Shown piece after piece: positions 8,718 through 20,530 of a stretch of DNA of 64,000 bases; the stretch's first letter is position 1, and each line of letters opens with the position of its first letter. Under the pieces are notes generated by a model that was given only the letters and a program-made list of their open reading frames with translations, ran no database searches and was not told the DNA's origin. The stretch is from the NCBI GenBank assembly GCA_041652255.1, contig JBAZHT010000001.1, positions 59,881 to 123,880 on the forward strand, given 5' to 3'. This DNA comes from Bacteroidales bacterium. GTDB taxonomy: Bacteria > Bacteroidota > Bacteroidia > Bacteroidales > UBA932. The position numbers and the translations under genes were made by a program.

Positions 8718-9698
8718 CTACCTGATAGACCCGGACAAAATATCAAGTATTTCTGAAGTAATGGCCTGCTGGCGGCTTTTATTGTACTGAAGTGTCAGAT
8801 CGCTTATCAGATCCTTTGCATTTTCAGAAGCAGCTTTCATGGCCATGGTTCTGGCAGCGTGCTCAGAAGCATTGGCATCCAGTACGGAACGGTATATCTG
8901 GAATCGGAGTACCTTGGGTAACAGATTGTCTATGAGCTCCTGGCGGGAAGGTTCTATGATATAATTCTCGAAATACTCCGGATTCAATTCCTCAATAGGG
9001 TATTCCTGTGGTATGATCAATCCCTGCTTACCTCTTAACTCACGACCGAAGGAAGGATTGGAGCTTTTTACCAGTTCAGACTGAAAAGGCAGAAAAGTGT
9101 CTCTTTGAAGGATCTGTACCGCCATGCTTTTGAAATGGTAAAAGATCAACTCGGCCTTATCTACCCTTCCCCGCATGTATCCGATTCCTAATCTTTTGGA
9201 AAGACGCTCGCACGACAAATAATCGGGGCGTGATATCAGGTCAGTAAAATTGTCACAGACAACACATCCCGTTTTTCCGGCGGCTTCCAGCATCTTTATC
9301 CCTACCGGGTACAGGGTAATGTTTTCACGCGGCAGATGTGCGTATTCATCCAACACCTCGTGAAGCTTTTTCTCCATGTTGGCATTGTATGCCCCACAGA
9401 GTCCCGTATCTGAAGCCATGAAGATAATGGATACGTAATTTATGGGCCGGGCAATGGCAAAAGGCGTCTGGCGCAAGCTATGCATTCCTCTGGGATAACC
9501 GTGTTCATACATGTAACGTTCCTCATGTATGAAAGTAAGCAGCATAAAATGCAACCGTTCTTCATAGGGAAGCATATAGCCCAGGGCTGTCTGTGCCTTA
9601 TGGAGTTTTGCGGAAGATACCCGTTGCATCGCTTCGGTGATCTTCTGCGTTTTTTTGATGGAGTTGATCCTTCTTTTTATTTCCCTTAAAGACGGCAT
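8718..9698 (-). CDS. atpG: F0F1 ATP synthase subunit gamma
   Basis: 326 aa. It has the gamma N-terminus (SLREIKRRINSIKKTQKITEAM) and C-terminus (ASEHAARTMAMKAASENA...QYNKSRQQAITSEILDI). It is the last gene of the atp operon and is about 30 aa longer than typical gamma subunits. Confidence 0.93.
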   Translation of the reverse strand: MPSLREIKRRINSIKKTQKITEAMQRVSSAKLHKAQTALGYMLPYEERLHFMLLTFIHEERYMYEHGYPRGMHSLRQTPFAIARPINYVSIIFMASDTGLCGAYNANMEKKLHEVLDEYAHLPRENITLYPVGIKMLEAAGKTGCVVCDNFTDLISRPDYLSCERLSKRLGIGYMRGRVDKAELIFYHFKSMAVQILQRDTFLPFQSELVKSSNPSFGRELRGKQGLIIPQEYPIEELNPEYFENYIIEPSRQELIDNLLPKVLRFQIYRSVLDANASEHAARTMAMKAASENAKDLISDLTLQYNKSRQQAITSEILDILSGSIR

Positions 9699-9700
9699 GG

Positions 9701-11275
9701 TTATCCGGCAATTTGTTCTGCCACGCTTTCTATTAACGAGGCAATTTCTTCGTTTATTTCGCCCCTGTTCAGGGGTTCAAGCACCGTTTTGCGGTGGCTG
9801 CTTTCCAAAACATGAAGGAATTTTTCTTCAAACACAACGATCTTATCCAAAGGAACTCTGCTTAAAAGACCATGTGTTCCGCAATAAAGCAATGCTATCT
9901 GTTTTCCGACTTCCAACGGACTGTATTGTTTCTGTATAAGAAGTTGCGAATTTTTCTGTCCTTTATCCAAGATGCGTGCGGTATAGGTATCCATTTCGCC
10001 CCCAAAACGGGAGAAAGATTCCAGTTCCCTGTACTGTGCCTGGTCTATCTTAAGGGTCCCGGCTACTTTTTTCATGGCTTTTAACTGTGCATTGCCACCC
10101 ACACGGGATACGGAAATGCCCACATTCACCGCGGGGCGGTTTCCCTGGTTAAAAAGGTCGGTATCCAGGAATATCTGTCCGTCTGTAATAGATATTACGT
10201 TAGTGGGAATGTATGCCGAGACATCGCCCGCCTGGGTTTCAATGATGGGAAGGGCCGTCAGCGAACCGCCTCCTTTGACTTTGTCCTTCAGGGATTCGGG
10301 CAAGTCGTTCATGCGCGAGGCCACTTCATCCTGTGTAATGATCTTGGCTGCCCGTTCCAAAAGACGTGAATGGAGGTAGAAGATATCCCCCGGATAGGCT
10401 TCCCGTCCCGAGGGTCTGCGCAGGATCAGGGATACTTCCCGGTAAGAAACTGCCTGCTTGGACAGATCATCGTATACAACAAGGGCATGGCGTCCGGTAT
10501 CGCGGAAGTATTCACCTACGGCAGCTCCGGCAAAAGGTGCAAAATACTGCAAGGCAGCAGGATCTCCTGCTGTAGCCGAGATAATAGTGGTATACTCCAT
10601 GGCACCGTGTTTTTCCAGCGTGTTGACAATGGATGCCACTGTGGATCCTTTCTGGCCAATGGCCACATAGATGCAATATACGGGATCTCCGGCCAGGAAG
10701 TTGGATTTCTGGTTGATGATCGTATCAATGGCAATGGCGGTCTTACCGGTTTGCCTGTCACCTATGATCAGTTCCCGCTGACCCCTGCCAATGGGGATCA
10801 TGGCATCTATAGACTTTATACCTGTCTGAAGCGGTTCGGATACCGGTTCGCGAAATATCACGCCGGGGGCTTTTCTTTCCAAAGGCATGGAAGTGAAAGG
10901 TCCGGGGATATCTCCCCTTCCGTCCAAAGGATTTCCCAGGGGATCCACCACCCTGCCCAGCAACTTATCGCTGACGGGGATCGATGCTATGCGCCCCGTT
11001 CGCCTGACCATGTCTCCTTCCCTTATCCGGTCCGTGGAACCCAGCAACACAGCACCCACGTTGTCTTCTTCCAGGTTCATCACAATGGCCATCATGCGGT
11101 TGTCGAATTCCAGCAATTCATTGGACTCAGCCTGGTACAGACCGTATATACGGACCACGCCGTCGCTTACCTGAAGCACCGTACCCTTTTCTTCATATAG
11201 GGGCCGGTTGTCAAGTCCCTCCAATTGCATACGCAATATCTCGGTAACTTCAGCAGGTTTTATCACATCTGACAT
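9701..11275 (-). CDS. atpA: F0F1 ATP synthase subunit alpha
   Basis: 524 aa, with Walker A GDRQTGKT and the conserved alpha blocks. Confidence 0.97.
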   Translation of the reverse strand: MSDVIKPAEVTEILRMQLEGLDNRPLYEEKGTVLQVSDGVVRIYGLYQAESNELLEFDNRMMAIVMNLEEDNVGAVLLGSTDRIREGDMVRRTGRIASIPVSDKLLGRVVDPLGNPLDGRGDIPGPFTSMPLERKAPGVIFREPVSEPLQTGIKSIDAMIPIGRGQRELIIGDRQTGKTAIAIDTIINQKSNFLAGDPVYCIYVAIGQKGSTVASIVNTLEKHGAMEYTTIISATAGDPAALQYFAPFAGAAVGEYFRDTGRHALVVYDDLSKQAVSYREVSLILRRPSGREAYPGDIFYLHSRLLERAAKIITQDEVASRMNDLPESLKDKVKGGGSLTALPIIETQAGDVSAYIPTNVISITDGQIFLDTDLFNQGNRPAVNVGISVSRVGGNAQLKAMKKVAGTLKIDQAQYRELESFSRFGGEMDTYTARILDKGQKNSQLLIQKQYSPLEVGKQIALLYCGTHGLLSRVPLDKIVVFEEKFLHVLESSHRKTVLEPLNRGEINEEIASLIESVAEQIAG

Positions 11276-11282
11276 AACACGT

Positions 11283-11840
11283 CTACTGTTTATCGTTTAT
11301 TCCAAAGGCTTTTCTCACTTCTCTCATACGGCCCGCCAGGGATGCGTCCCAAACCTTCATGCCGACCCGGAGTGAGAACCCTCCGATCAATTGTTTGTCC
11401 TGTTTCAATTCCAGCTCAACCTTTTGAGGATGTTCCGGATCCAGGACTTTCTTAATTTTTTCCACTGTCTTTTCGTCAACCGGAACAACAGTGGTCAGTA
11501 CTCCGTAGGTAAGGCCCTGTTCTTTCCTGTATTTATCCAGATACTGCAGGCTGACCGACCTGATCACATATTCTCTGCGGTGTTGTATCAACAGGTTCAG
11601 AAATCCAGACAACACCTTTATGGAATGCGGCGAATTAGTCCGGAAAAGACTCAGGAACATATCTTTTCGCTTACTGGCAGGTACCATCCTGTCACAGAAC
11701 ATTTTTTCCAGGTCGGGAACTTCCGTGAAATATTCTGATAACCGTTTCATCATGCGATACACGTCGTGTTCTGCCCCGGTATCGGTAGCGTAACACAACA
11801 AAGCTGCAGCATAACGGGAAACTATCAGTCCTGTGTTCAT
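11283..11840 (-). CDS. atpH: F0F1 ATP synthase subunit delta (OSCP)
   Basis: 185 aa. It lies between atpF and atpA, and the C-terminal [10 protein letters not shown] motif is typical of delta/OSCP. Confidence 0.88.
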   Translation of the reverse strand: MNTGLIVSRYAAALLCYATDTGAEHDVYRMMKRLSEYFTEVPDLEKMFCDRMVPASKRKDMFLSLFRTNSPHSIKVLSGFLNLLIQHRREYVIRSVSLQYLDKYRKEQGLTYGVLTTVVPVDEKTVEKIKKVLDPEHPQKVELELKQDKQLIGGFSLRVGMKVWDASLAGRMREVRKAFGINDKQ

Positions 11841-11844
11841 GGGA

Positions 11845-12345
11845 TCATGCTTCGGGTTTTGCGGATTCCTCCAGCAGGCTGTTTATAAGCTCCATTTGCC
11901 TGACACCGGGATCCAATTGTTTTTTTAGTAATTTTTCGGCTACCTCAACCGACAATGTGGCTACGTACGCCCTGACTTCGCGTATGGCCACATCCCTTTC
12001 TTTCTCAATTTGCGATCTTGCCCTGTCCAGCATAAGCCGGCTTTCGTGACGTGCTGCTTCCCGGGCTTCATCCAGGAGTTGCTGACGCAGCAGAGACGTC
12101 TGTTCTATGACTTTTGCCTGCTCGTCGCGGGATTGCTGCAGTATTTTTTCTTCCTGCTGTTTCAGGGTGGCAAGCAATTTCCGGGCAGAGGCTGCATCGG
12201 CAAGTGCTCTTTCAATTTTTTCGTTTCGACGTTCCACAACACCGGTGATCAGAGGCCAGCCGAAACGGGCCAGCACCAGAAACAGGATGCCAAAAGCAAT
12301 GAACATCCAGAACAACAATCCGGAATCGGGGATCATCAAATCCAT
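11845..12345 (-). CDS. atpF: F0F1 ATP synthase subunit b
   Basis: 166 aa. A single N-terminal TM helix is followed by a long charged coiled coil. The gene sits in the expected operon position. Confidence 0.88.
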   Translation of the reverse strand: MDLMIPDSGLLFWMFIAFGILFLVLARFGWPLITGVVERRNEKIERALADAASARKLLATLKQQEEKILQQSRDEQAKVIEQTSLLRQQLLDEAREAARHESRLMLDRARSQIEKERDVAIREVRAYVATLSVEVAEKLLKKQLDPGVRQMELINSLLEESAKPEA

Positions 12346-12357
12346 AACACAAAAATT

Positions 12358-12612
12358 TTATAAGGCAACCAGCAGGCATACAATGATGGCAAAAAGGGAA
12401 ACGCCTTCCACCAGTGCCCCAATAATGATCATGGACATTCTGATCCCGTCAGCCGCTTCCGGCTGACGTGCAATGGCCTCCATAGCGGCACTCCCGATTT
12501 TTCCGATACCGAAAGAGGCCCCCAGAACAACAACGGCAGCAGCCAGAACAGCTCCTAACTTGGCAATTTCGCCAGATGCTACGGCGGCTTGTAATACAGT
12601 AAAAAGTAACAT
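12358..12612 (-). CDS. atpE: F0F1 ATP synthase subunit c
   Basis: 84 aa hairpin protein with the ARQPE loop and the carboxylate E in ALVEGVSLF. There is no Q...E-S/T Na+ signature, so it looks H+-type. Confidence 0.93.
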   Translation of the reverse strand: MLLFTVLQAAVASGEIAKLGAVLAAAVVVLGASFGIGKIGSAAMEAIARQPEAADGIRMSMIIIGALVEGVSLFAIIVCLLVAL

Positions 12613-12637
12613 AACAATATGGTTTAAAATAAATTTT

Positions 12638-13756
12638 TCATTTTTTATTCGTTTCTACGGCACGGGCAGGTCTGATCTTATGCGTCTCCTGACGGGAAAG
12701 TCCTATGAATATGGATGAGAGCATTGTAAATACATACGCCTGTATATAAGCCACCAACAGTTCCAGGGCCAGCATAAAAACCGAAAAGAGCACAGATACC
12801 GCACTCATGGAAACATTTATTACAGGTCCCATAGCCACGGTAAGAAACACCAGTGAAGTTAGTGCCAGTATGATAATATGCCCGGCAAAGATATTGGCAA
12901 ACAAACGGATCATCAGGGCCATGGGTTTGGTCAGTATCCCAAAAAATTCAATGACCTGCATAATGGGAAAAGGAACTTTCATAAATACCGGGACATCAGG
13001 CCACAGGATCTCTTTCCAGTATTCCTTGTTCCCGAACAGATTGACGGCTACCATGGTAAAGAAGGCCAGACCGAATGTAATGGTAATGTTGCCTGTCAGG
13101 TTGGCTCCACCCGGGAAAAGCGGAATGAGTCCCAACACGTTGTTCAGAAAAATGAAGAAGAAAGCAGTCAGTAAATAAGGCGCGTAACGTTTGTAATCCT
13201 TTCCCACGCATTTTTTGATCATTCCGTCGTGAATGCTCATGATGAACCATTCCATAACGCCCATTACCCCGGGAGGAACAGCATCTGTTTTCCCTCGCAT
13301 TTCCTGTTTTTTATACCATTTTGCCAGGCGAAGCACCAGGAACATAAGCAATCCGCAGGAAAAAAACAGGGCCAGCACGTCTTTGGTAATGGACAAGTCA
13401 AAAGGCCTGACCTCCTGACCCCGCACATCTGTTTCTACAAGTTTTCCTTCGTACCTTCCTTCCTGGGCTACATAAAAGCCTTCGTATTCCTCCTTTTCTA
13501 TCAGATGAGAAGAAAGAAATAAAAACCAACCCCTTTCCCGACTGTGAACTATTACTGGTAAAGGAATCCCAATATCTTTGTTCTCCGTGGAAAAAAGATG
13601 CCAGTGATAGGAATCATTTAAATGCTCCAGGATCAAATGTTTAACATCTACCGGAGGTCTCTCCTGACGGGGAACTGCAAACAAAGCAGGGCTTCCAGCC
13701 ATCATAAAGAAAGCAAACGACAAAACGATCAATATGGACCTGCGGGCTACCGGCAT
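12638..13756 (-). CDS. atpB: F0F1 ATP synthase subunit a (with about 130-aa N-terminal extension)
   Basis: 372 aa. The C-terminal part carries the a-subunit signature LMIRLFANIFAGH (essential Arg). The N-terminal part has a signal/TM segment plus an extra soluble segment. Confidence 0.92.
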   Translation of the reverse strand: MPVARRSILIVLSFAFFMMAGSPALFAVPRQERPPVDVKHLILEHLNDSYHWHLFSTENKDIGIPLPVIVHSRERGWFLFLSSHLIEKEEYEGFYVAQEGRYEGKLVETDVRGQEVRPFDLSITKDVLALFFSCGLLMFLVLRLAKWYKKQEMRGKTDAVPPGVMGVMEWFIMSIHDGMIKKCVGKDYKRYAPYLLTAFFFIFLNNVLGLIPLFPGGANLTGNITITFGLAFFTMVAVNLFGNKEYWKEILWPDVPVFMKVPFPIMQVIEFFGILTKPMALMIRLFANIFAGHIIILALTSLVFLTVAMGPVINVSMSAVSVLFSVFMLALELLVAYIQAYVFTMLSSIFIGLSRQETHKIRPARAVETNKK

Positions 13757-13762
13757 GATTAA

Positions 13763-14158
13763 TTACGATTCTTTCTCTTTGATTTTTTTTTGTTCTTTAC
13801 AATCAACCAAAAGGAACCAGATAGATAAAAAACTATATATAATGAACATCCCCATAAAACTAATAATAAAGGAGGCTTTGGGAGGATGAGCCACCCCTAT
13901 TAACACGATCAGTATCACCAGAACAATACCCCAACGTACAATACGCTGCATCAATATGCTGTTGAGCATTTTGGCGTTCTGGGTCTTGCTTTTTTTCATC
14001 ATGAGGATCTCCAATAAACCAACCAGCAAAAACGTGGCAGGAATGACGGGATACACAGGGAACCACCACTCAGGCATAAAAAGGTACATGATCAGTCCCC
14101 ATATACCTCCCGCCAGGAGTATGGTCACTGTATGTACCGTGATCATTCTTTTTATCAT
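13763..14158 (-). CDS. small 4-TM membrane protein at the AtpI position of the atp operon (function unknown)
   Basis: 131 aa with four hydrophobic segments and a lysine-rich tail. Its ATG overlaps the atpC stop by 4 nt. The call rests on position and topology only. Confidence 0.5.
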   Translation of the reverse strand: MIKRMITVHTVTILLAGGIWGLIMYLFMPEWWFPVYPVIPATFLLVGLLEILMMKKSKTQNAKMLNSILMQRIVRWGIVLVILIVLIGVAHPPKASFIISFMGMFIIYSFLSIWFLLVDCKEQKKIKEKES

Positions 14159-14412
14159 AAAAGTTTCTGTATAATACAGGCATACACCTTGTTGTTTCTG
14201 ACCTGAACGAATCCGCTGCTAACCGGGATCCTTCCATCTCCCATTTCTCCTTCGTAAGAGATAAATCCCCTTTCGAGTAATGACATAATGGGAGCATGAT
14301 CCTTCATGACTGTAAAAGAGGCGCTTTTGCCGGGAAATCTGACCAAACAGACGTTCCCTTCAAAAAGGACCTCCTCCGGAGACATGACCTGAAGATATAC
14401 CGGTGCTCTCAT
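14155..14412 (-). CDS. atpC: F0F1 ATP synthase subunit epsilon (short, beta-sandwich domain only)
   Basis: 85 aa, directly downstream of atpD. The N-terminal epsilon-like sequence (LQVMSPEEVLFEGNV...) is present, but the C-terminal helical hairpin is absent. Confidence 0.85.
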   Translation of the reverse strand: MRAPVYLQVMSPEEVLFEGNVCLVRFPGKSASFTVMKDHAPIMSLLERGFISYEGEMGDGRIPVSSGFVQVRNNKVYACIIQKLL

Positions 14413-14417
14413 GGCGG

Positions 14418-15929
<1,512 letters not shown>

Positions 15930-15953
15930 TTATTTCGTTATTAGAACCAGCGG

Positions 15954-15961
15954 CAAATGTA
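15954..15961 (-). promoter_or_regulatory. -7 box (TAcaTTTG on minus strand) for the atp operon
   Basis: Plus-strand caaatgta is the reverse complement of tacatttg. It lies 30 nt upstream of the atpD ATG. Confidence 0.5.
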
Positions 15962-15994
15962 ATCATTAATTAAACTACTTCTACCAGTTTTTTT

Positions 15995-16002
15995 TATCTT
16001 TG
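15995..16002 (+). promoter_or_regulatory. -7 box TAtcTTTG for parE-parC
   Basis: Perfect TAnnTTTG match, 8 nt upstream of ATG 16011. Confidence 0.5.
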
Positions 16003-16010
16003 TGCCCCGT

Positions 16011-17843
16011 ATGTCGAATCCATTATCATCTTACACAGAAGCGAATTTCCAGACCCTGGAATGGAACGAACATATCCGTCTCAGACCGGGCATGTACATT
16101 GGAAAATCGGGTGACGGAAGTACCCCCGATGACGGGCTTTATGTGCTTATCAAAGAAGTTATTGACAACTCGGTAGACGAGTATGCCATGGGGCACGGTA
16201 AAGTTATTTCAGTTACCATTCGTGAGAACGAGATCTCGGTCCGTGATTACGGAAGGGGTATTCCTTTCGGAAAAGTAATTGACGCCGCCAACAAAATGAA
16301 TACCGGCGCAAAATACGACAACAAATCCTTTCAAAAAGCCGTAGGACTTAACGGGGTGGGACTGAAAGCAGTAAATGCGACATCCACCATGTTCTACATT
16401 GAATCCTTCCGGGAAGGAAATAGTCGTTTCGGCAGGTTTTCAAAAGGCGTTTTGCTGGATGAAGGGACCACCCGGACTGACGAGAAAGACGGGACGCTGG
16501 TCACATTCACCCCCGACCCTGCATTGTTTCCCAATTACACCATCAATACGGAATTCGTACAGGAAATGATGCGGCATTATGCTTACCTGAACAAAGGGTT
16601 GAAAATGCAGCTCAACGGAAATGAATACGTTTCCAAAAACGGATTGCTGGACCTTGTCCTGGAAAGCATGGCCGAAGAAACGCTTTACCCCCCCATTCAT
16701 CTGACAGGTCAGGATATAGAAATGGTCATTACCCATGCCAACGAAACCGGAGAAAGCATCATGTCGTTTGCCAACGGGCAGAACACTTCTCAGGGAGGCA
16801 CCCACCTGTCGGTGTTCCGGGAGGCAGTGGCTCGCACTATAAAAGAATTTTATAAAAAGGATTTTGAACCCTCCGATATCAGGCAATCCATAGTAGGGGC
16901 TATCAGCATTCGCCTGATAGAACCCAAGTTCGCAAACCAGACGAAAACCATTCTTGATTCCAGGGACATGGGTCCCGACGGCCCTACCCTGCGCAGTTTC
17001 ATTAGTGATTTCGTGAAAGAACACCTGGATAACTACCTGCACAAGAATCCGGAAACGGCAGATATCCTGCTGAAAAAGATCATTGAAAACGAAAAAGAAA
17101 GAAAAGCCGTTGGTGCAGTCCGTAAAAAAGCCAAGGAAAATGCCCGAAAGATCAGCCTGCACAACCGCAAGCTTCGTGACTGCCGTATCCATTTTACCGA
17201 CAAGAGCGACAAGGCCGAACAAACCATGCTGTTCATAACGGAAGGAGACTCTGCCAGCGGATCCATAACAAAAAGCAGAAATCCAAACATCCAGGCGGTT
17301 TTCAGCCTTAGGGGAAAACCCGAGAATACATACGGCATGAACAAGCAGGTAGTCTATACAAATGAAGAGTTCAACCTGTTGCAGGCTGCCCTGAATATTG
17401 AAGAAGACCTGGACAACCTGCGTTACAATAAAATCATCATAGCTACCGATGCAGACCCGGACGGGATGCATATCCGCATGTTGTTGTTAAGCTTTTTCCT
17501 GCAATTCTTCCCGGAACTGGTACGGCACGGACACATATACATATTGCAAACACCTCTGTTCCGTGTCAGGAATAAGAAAGAAACCCGGTATTGTTATTCG
17601 GAACCGGAAAGAGAGAAAGCCGTGCTGGATCTGGGACCGGATCCCGAGATCACTCGTTTTAAAGGCCTGGGTGAGATCTCTCCCGACGAATTTAAAGAAT
17701 TTATAGGAGAGAACATCCGCCTTGATATGGTCCGGCTGGATAAGGACGACAGGCTCCCGGAACTTCTGAGGTTTTATATGGGCGAGAACTCTCCACAGCG
17801 CAGAGAATTCATAGTCAGTAACTTAAGGATAGTGGGGGATTAA
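16011..17843 (+). CDS. parE: DNA topoisomerase IV subunit B
   Basis: About 610 aa from ATG 16011. It has the GHKL ATPase motif (EVIDNSVDE), Toprim EGDSA, and DADPDGMHI. It is paired with a downstream ParC-type A subunit. Confidence 0.88.
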   Translation: MSNPLSSYTEANFQTLEWNEHIRLRPGMYIGKSGDGSTPDDGLYVLIKEVIDNSVDEYAMGHGKVISVTIRENEISVRDYGRGIPFGKVIDAANKMNTGAKYDNKSFQKAVGLNGVGLKAVNATSTMFYIESFREGNSRFGRFSKGVLLDEGTTRTDEKDGTLVTFTPDPALFPNYTINTEFVQEMMRHYAYLNKGLKMQLNGNEYVSKNGLLDLVLESMAEETLYPPIHLTGQDIEMVITHANETGESIMSFANGQNTSQGGTHLSVFREAVARTIKEFYKKDFEPSDIRQSIVGAISIRLIEPKFANQTKTILDSRDMGPDGPTLRSFISDFVKEHLDNYLHKNPETADILLKKIIENEKERKAVGAVRKKAKENARKISLHNRKLRDCRIHFTDKSDKAEQTMLFITEGDSASGSITKSRNPNIQAVFSLRGKPENTYGMNKQVVYTNEEFNLLQAALNIEEDLDNLRYNKIIIATDADPDGMHIRMLLLSFFLQFFPELVRHGHIYILQTPLFRVRNKKETRYCYSEPEREKAVLDLGPDPEITRFKGLGEISPDEFKEFIGENIRLDMVRLDKDDRLPELLRFYMGENSPQRREFIVSNLRIVGD

Positions 17844-17846
17844 GCC

Positions 17847-20519
17847 ATGATGAGTGAAGAGCAATTAAAGTATTTACATATCCTGAGTGAAGAAGGGGAT
17901 AAAAAATACCGCTTAACCGGTATGTTCAAAGACTGGTTCCTGGAATACTCTTCCTATGTAATCCTGGAACGGGCCGTACCCCACATCACCGACGGGCTGA
18001 AACCCGTTCAGCGCCGTATCCTGCACTCCATGAAAAGAATGGAAGACGGGCGTTACAATAAAGTAGCCAATATCATAGGACACACCATGCAATTCCACCC
18101 CCATGGAGATGCCTCCATTGGGGATGCACTGGTACAACTGGGACAAAAAGATCTTTTAGTAGATACACAGGGGAACTGGGGGAATGTCCTTACGGGGGAT
18201 TCCGCTGCAGCTCCGCGATACATAGAAGCCCGACTGAGCAAATTTGCCCAGGAAGTGGTATTCAATCCCAAAACAACGGTCTGGGTACCTTCCTACGACG
18301 GCAGGAACCAGGAGCCCGAATCGTTGCCGGTTAAATTCCCCCTTTTACTGGCCCAGGGAGCCGAAGGCATAGCCGTTGGACTGGCCACGCGCATACTCCC
18401 TCACAATTTCAATGAATTACTGGATGCTTCAGTAGCACATCTTAAAGGTGAATCATTTACCTTGTATCCCGATTTCCTTACAGGCGGTCTTATAGATTGC
18501 AGTAACTACAACGGAGGTATTGGCGGTAAAATAAGCCGTGTGAAGGTGAGGGCCCGGATCATCAAAATTGACAAGAAAACCCTGGCTATCACGGAAATTC
18601 CTTACGGACAAACGACCGAAAGTCTTATCCGTTCCATAATAACGGCCAATGACAAGGGGAAGATCCGTATCCGTAAAATTGATGACAATACGGCAGCACA
18701 GGTAGAGATTCTGATCCACCTGGCCAACGATGTCTCCCCCGATAAAACCATTGACGCCCTGTACGCTTTCACAAAATGCGAAGTGTCGGTGTCTCCGGAC
18801 GCCTGCGTCATCATGGACGGAAAACCGTTCGTCATAAGTGTGGAAGATATGCTGCGTTACAGCACGGACCGTTCCCGGAATCTTTTAAAAGCCGAGTTGG
18901 AGATACGCATGGCCGAGTTGGAGGAAGACTGGCATTTCTCTTCCCTGGAAAAAATATTCTTCCAGGAAAAAGTCTACCGGGTTTTGGAAAACGATGCCCG
19001 CACGTGGGAAAAGCAATTGCAGGATGTGGAAACCGAAATGCTCCTTTACAAGGACCGTTTGCGCAGGCCCGTCACATCTGCAGAAATACGGAAACTGGTA
19101 GAAAAGCCTGTGCGAAAAATATCCCGTTTTGACATAAAAAAAGCCGAAGAACATATCAAATCCCTGGACCTGGAAATGGCCCGGGTACGACACAACCTGG
19201 AACACCTGACCCAATACGCAATAGATTATTTTGAAAGCCTTAAGAAAAAATACGGCAGCCGTTTCCCCCGCAAGACAGAGATCTGTGATTTTGAAACCAT
19301 AGAAGCTTCCAAGGTGATCCTGGCCAACTGCAAGCTTTATGTCAACAGTGAATCCGGGTTTGTGGGAACCGACATGAAAAAGGACGAAAAAGCCGTGTAT
19401 GTTTGTGATTGTTCGAACCTGGACGAAGTCATCGTGTTTTTGAAAGACGGTACATATTCGGTAAGAAAAGTTGCTGAAAAGGTCTACTTCGGGAAAGACA
19501 TTATCTACACGGGGATATTCAGGAAAAAAGACACGCGCACGGTGTACAACGTAGCCTACCGGGACGGCAAGAACGGGAAAGTGTTCGTAAAACGCTTTTC
19601 CGTAAACAGCATTACCCGGGACAAAGAATACGACCTGACCCAGGGGAAACCCGGATCGCAGGTCCTATGGTTCTCTGCCAATCCCAACGGTGAGGTCGAA
19701 ACCATAAAGCTATATCTGAAAGCACGACCCAAACTCAAGAAACTTATATTTGAATACTCATTTCTGGATCTGGCTGTTAAAGGACGTAACAGCCGGGGAA
19801 ATATTCTAAGTCGCTATGCGGTTCAGAAAATTACGCTCAAGGACAAGGGCGTTGCGACAATGGGTGGCCGGAAAATATGGTTCGACACAGATATTCAAAG
19901 ACTCAACGTTGACGGCAGAGGCCTTTACCTGGGCGAATTCCTTGCCAATGAAAGTCTTTTGGCCGTAAACCGGAACGGTTCGTTCTACACCACCAATTTT
20001 GATCTGAGCAACCGTTATCAGCAGGAGATCCGGCTGATAGAAAAACTGGACCCCGGGAAAATATTTACGGCAATATATTACGACGGGCTTTCAGGATATT
20101 TTTACCTGAAACGCTTCCGTTTTGAAGTTTCTGACAATTTGCTCCAGTCATTTGTCAGTGATTCAGAAGGCTCTTACCTGGTTGATATTTCCCAGGATGC
20201 TTTTCCCAGGATACAGATCACTTTTGCCGGAAAACACGCCAAAAGACCGGCCGAGATCATTGATGCCGTTGAATTTATAACCGATAAAAGCTTCCGCGCC
20301 AAAGGCAAACGCATTACCACCTTTGAAGTGGACAAGATCGAATTCATTGAACCGGGTCCCGATCCCGCTGAATCCGGCAATAACGAAAAAAAAGACGACC
20401 TGGATTTTGAATTGGAAGGACCCGTTTCACAGGGTAAAACACCGCCGGCTCCGGTTGCAGGAGACAAACCCCCTTTCAATTTCAACGATGAGGATGCCTA
20501 TCAAATGACATTGCTGTAA
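17847..20519 (+). CDS. parC: DNA topoisomerase IV subunit A
   Basis: 890 aa. It has the DGLKPVQRRIL motif and the active-site region AAPRYIEARL. No GyrA-box (QRRGGKG) was seen in the C-terminal domain, which supports ParC over GyrA. The C-terminal tail is acidic and Pro-rich. Confidence 0.85.
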   Translation: MMSEEQLKYLHILSEEGDKKYRLTGMFKDWFLEYSSYVILERAVPHITDGLKPVQRRILHSMKRMEDGRYNKVANIIGHTMQFHPHGDASIGDALVQLGQKDLLVDTQGNWGNVLTGDSAAAPRYIEARLSKFAQEVVFNPKTTVWVPSYDGRNQEPESLPVKFPLLLAQGAEGIAVGLATRILPHNFNELLDASVAHLKGESFTLYPDFLTGGLIDCSNYNGGIGGKISRVKVRARIIKIDKKTLAITEIPYGQTTESLIRSIITANDKGKIRIRKIDDNTAAQVEILIHLANDVSPDKTIDALYAFTKCEVSVSPDACVIMDGKPFVISVEDMLRYSTDRSRNLLKAELEIRMAELEEDWHFSSLEKIFFQEKVYRVLENDARTWEKQLQDVETEMLLYKDRLRRPVTSAEIRKLVEKPVRKISRFDIKKAEEHIKSLDLEMARVRHNLEHLTQYAIDYFESLKKKYGSRFPRKTEICDFETIEASKVILANCKLYVNSESGFVGTDMKKDEKAVYVCDCSNLDEVIVFLKDGTYSVRKVAEKVYFGKDIIYTGIFRKKDTRTVYNVAYRDGKNGKVFVKRFSVNSITRDKEYDLTQGKPGSQVLWFSANPNGEVETIKLYLKARPKLKKLIFEYSFLDLAVKGRNSRGNILSRYAVQKITLKDKGVATMGGRKIWFDTDIQRLNVDGRGLYLGEFLANESLLAVNRNGSFYTTNFDLSNRYQQEIRLIEKLDPGKIFTAIYYDGLSGYFYLKRFRFEVSDNLLQSFVSDSEGSYLVDISQDAFPRIQITFAGKHAKRPAEIIDAVEFITDKSFRAKGKRITTFEVDKIEFIEPGPDPAESGNNEKKDDLDFELEGPVSQGKTPPAPVAGDKPPFNFNDEDAYQMTLL

Positions 20520-20530
20520 ATCCATAACCT

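Noticed and set aside
1-9900. Apparent GATC enrichment. My hand counts gave 8 sites in 1-1200 and 8 in 8701-9900, against roughly 4-5 expected from base composition.
   Set aside because: The excess is under two-fold, comes from two small hand-counted samples, and is partly driven by common codon pairs (GAT-C, xGA-TCx). This is not enough to claim a Dam-type signal without a genome-wide k-mer odds ratio.
10370-11200. A 276-aa plus-strand ORF antisense to atpA.
   Set aside because: It is in phase with atpA codons, since (11273-10370) is divisible by 3. This is the codon-bias shadow of a highly expressed gene.
12358-12612. Whether the ATP synthase c subunit indicates a Na+-translocating enzyme.
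   Set aside because: The ion-binding helix reads ALVEGVSLF, with E followed by G-V. The helix-1 position aligned with the Na+-type Gln is hydrophobic. The Q...E-S/T-x-x-Y Na+ signature is absent, so the enzyme is most likely H+-coupled.
16440-17471. A 343-aa ORF antisense to parE.
   Set aside because: Same artefact. It is in phase with parE codons, since (17469-16011) is divisible by 3, and it has no motifs and no promoter.
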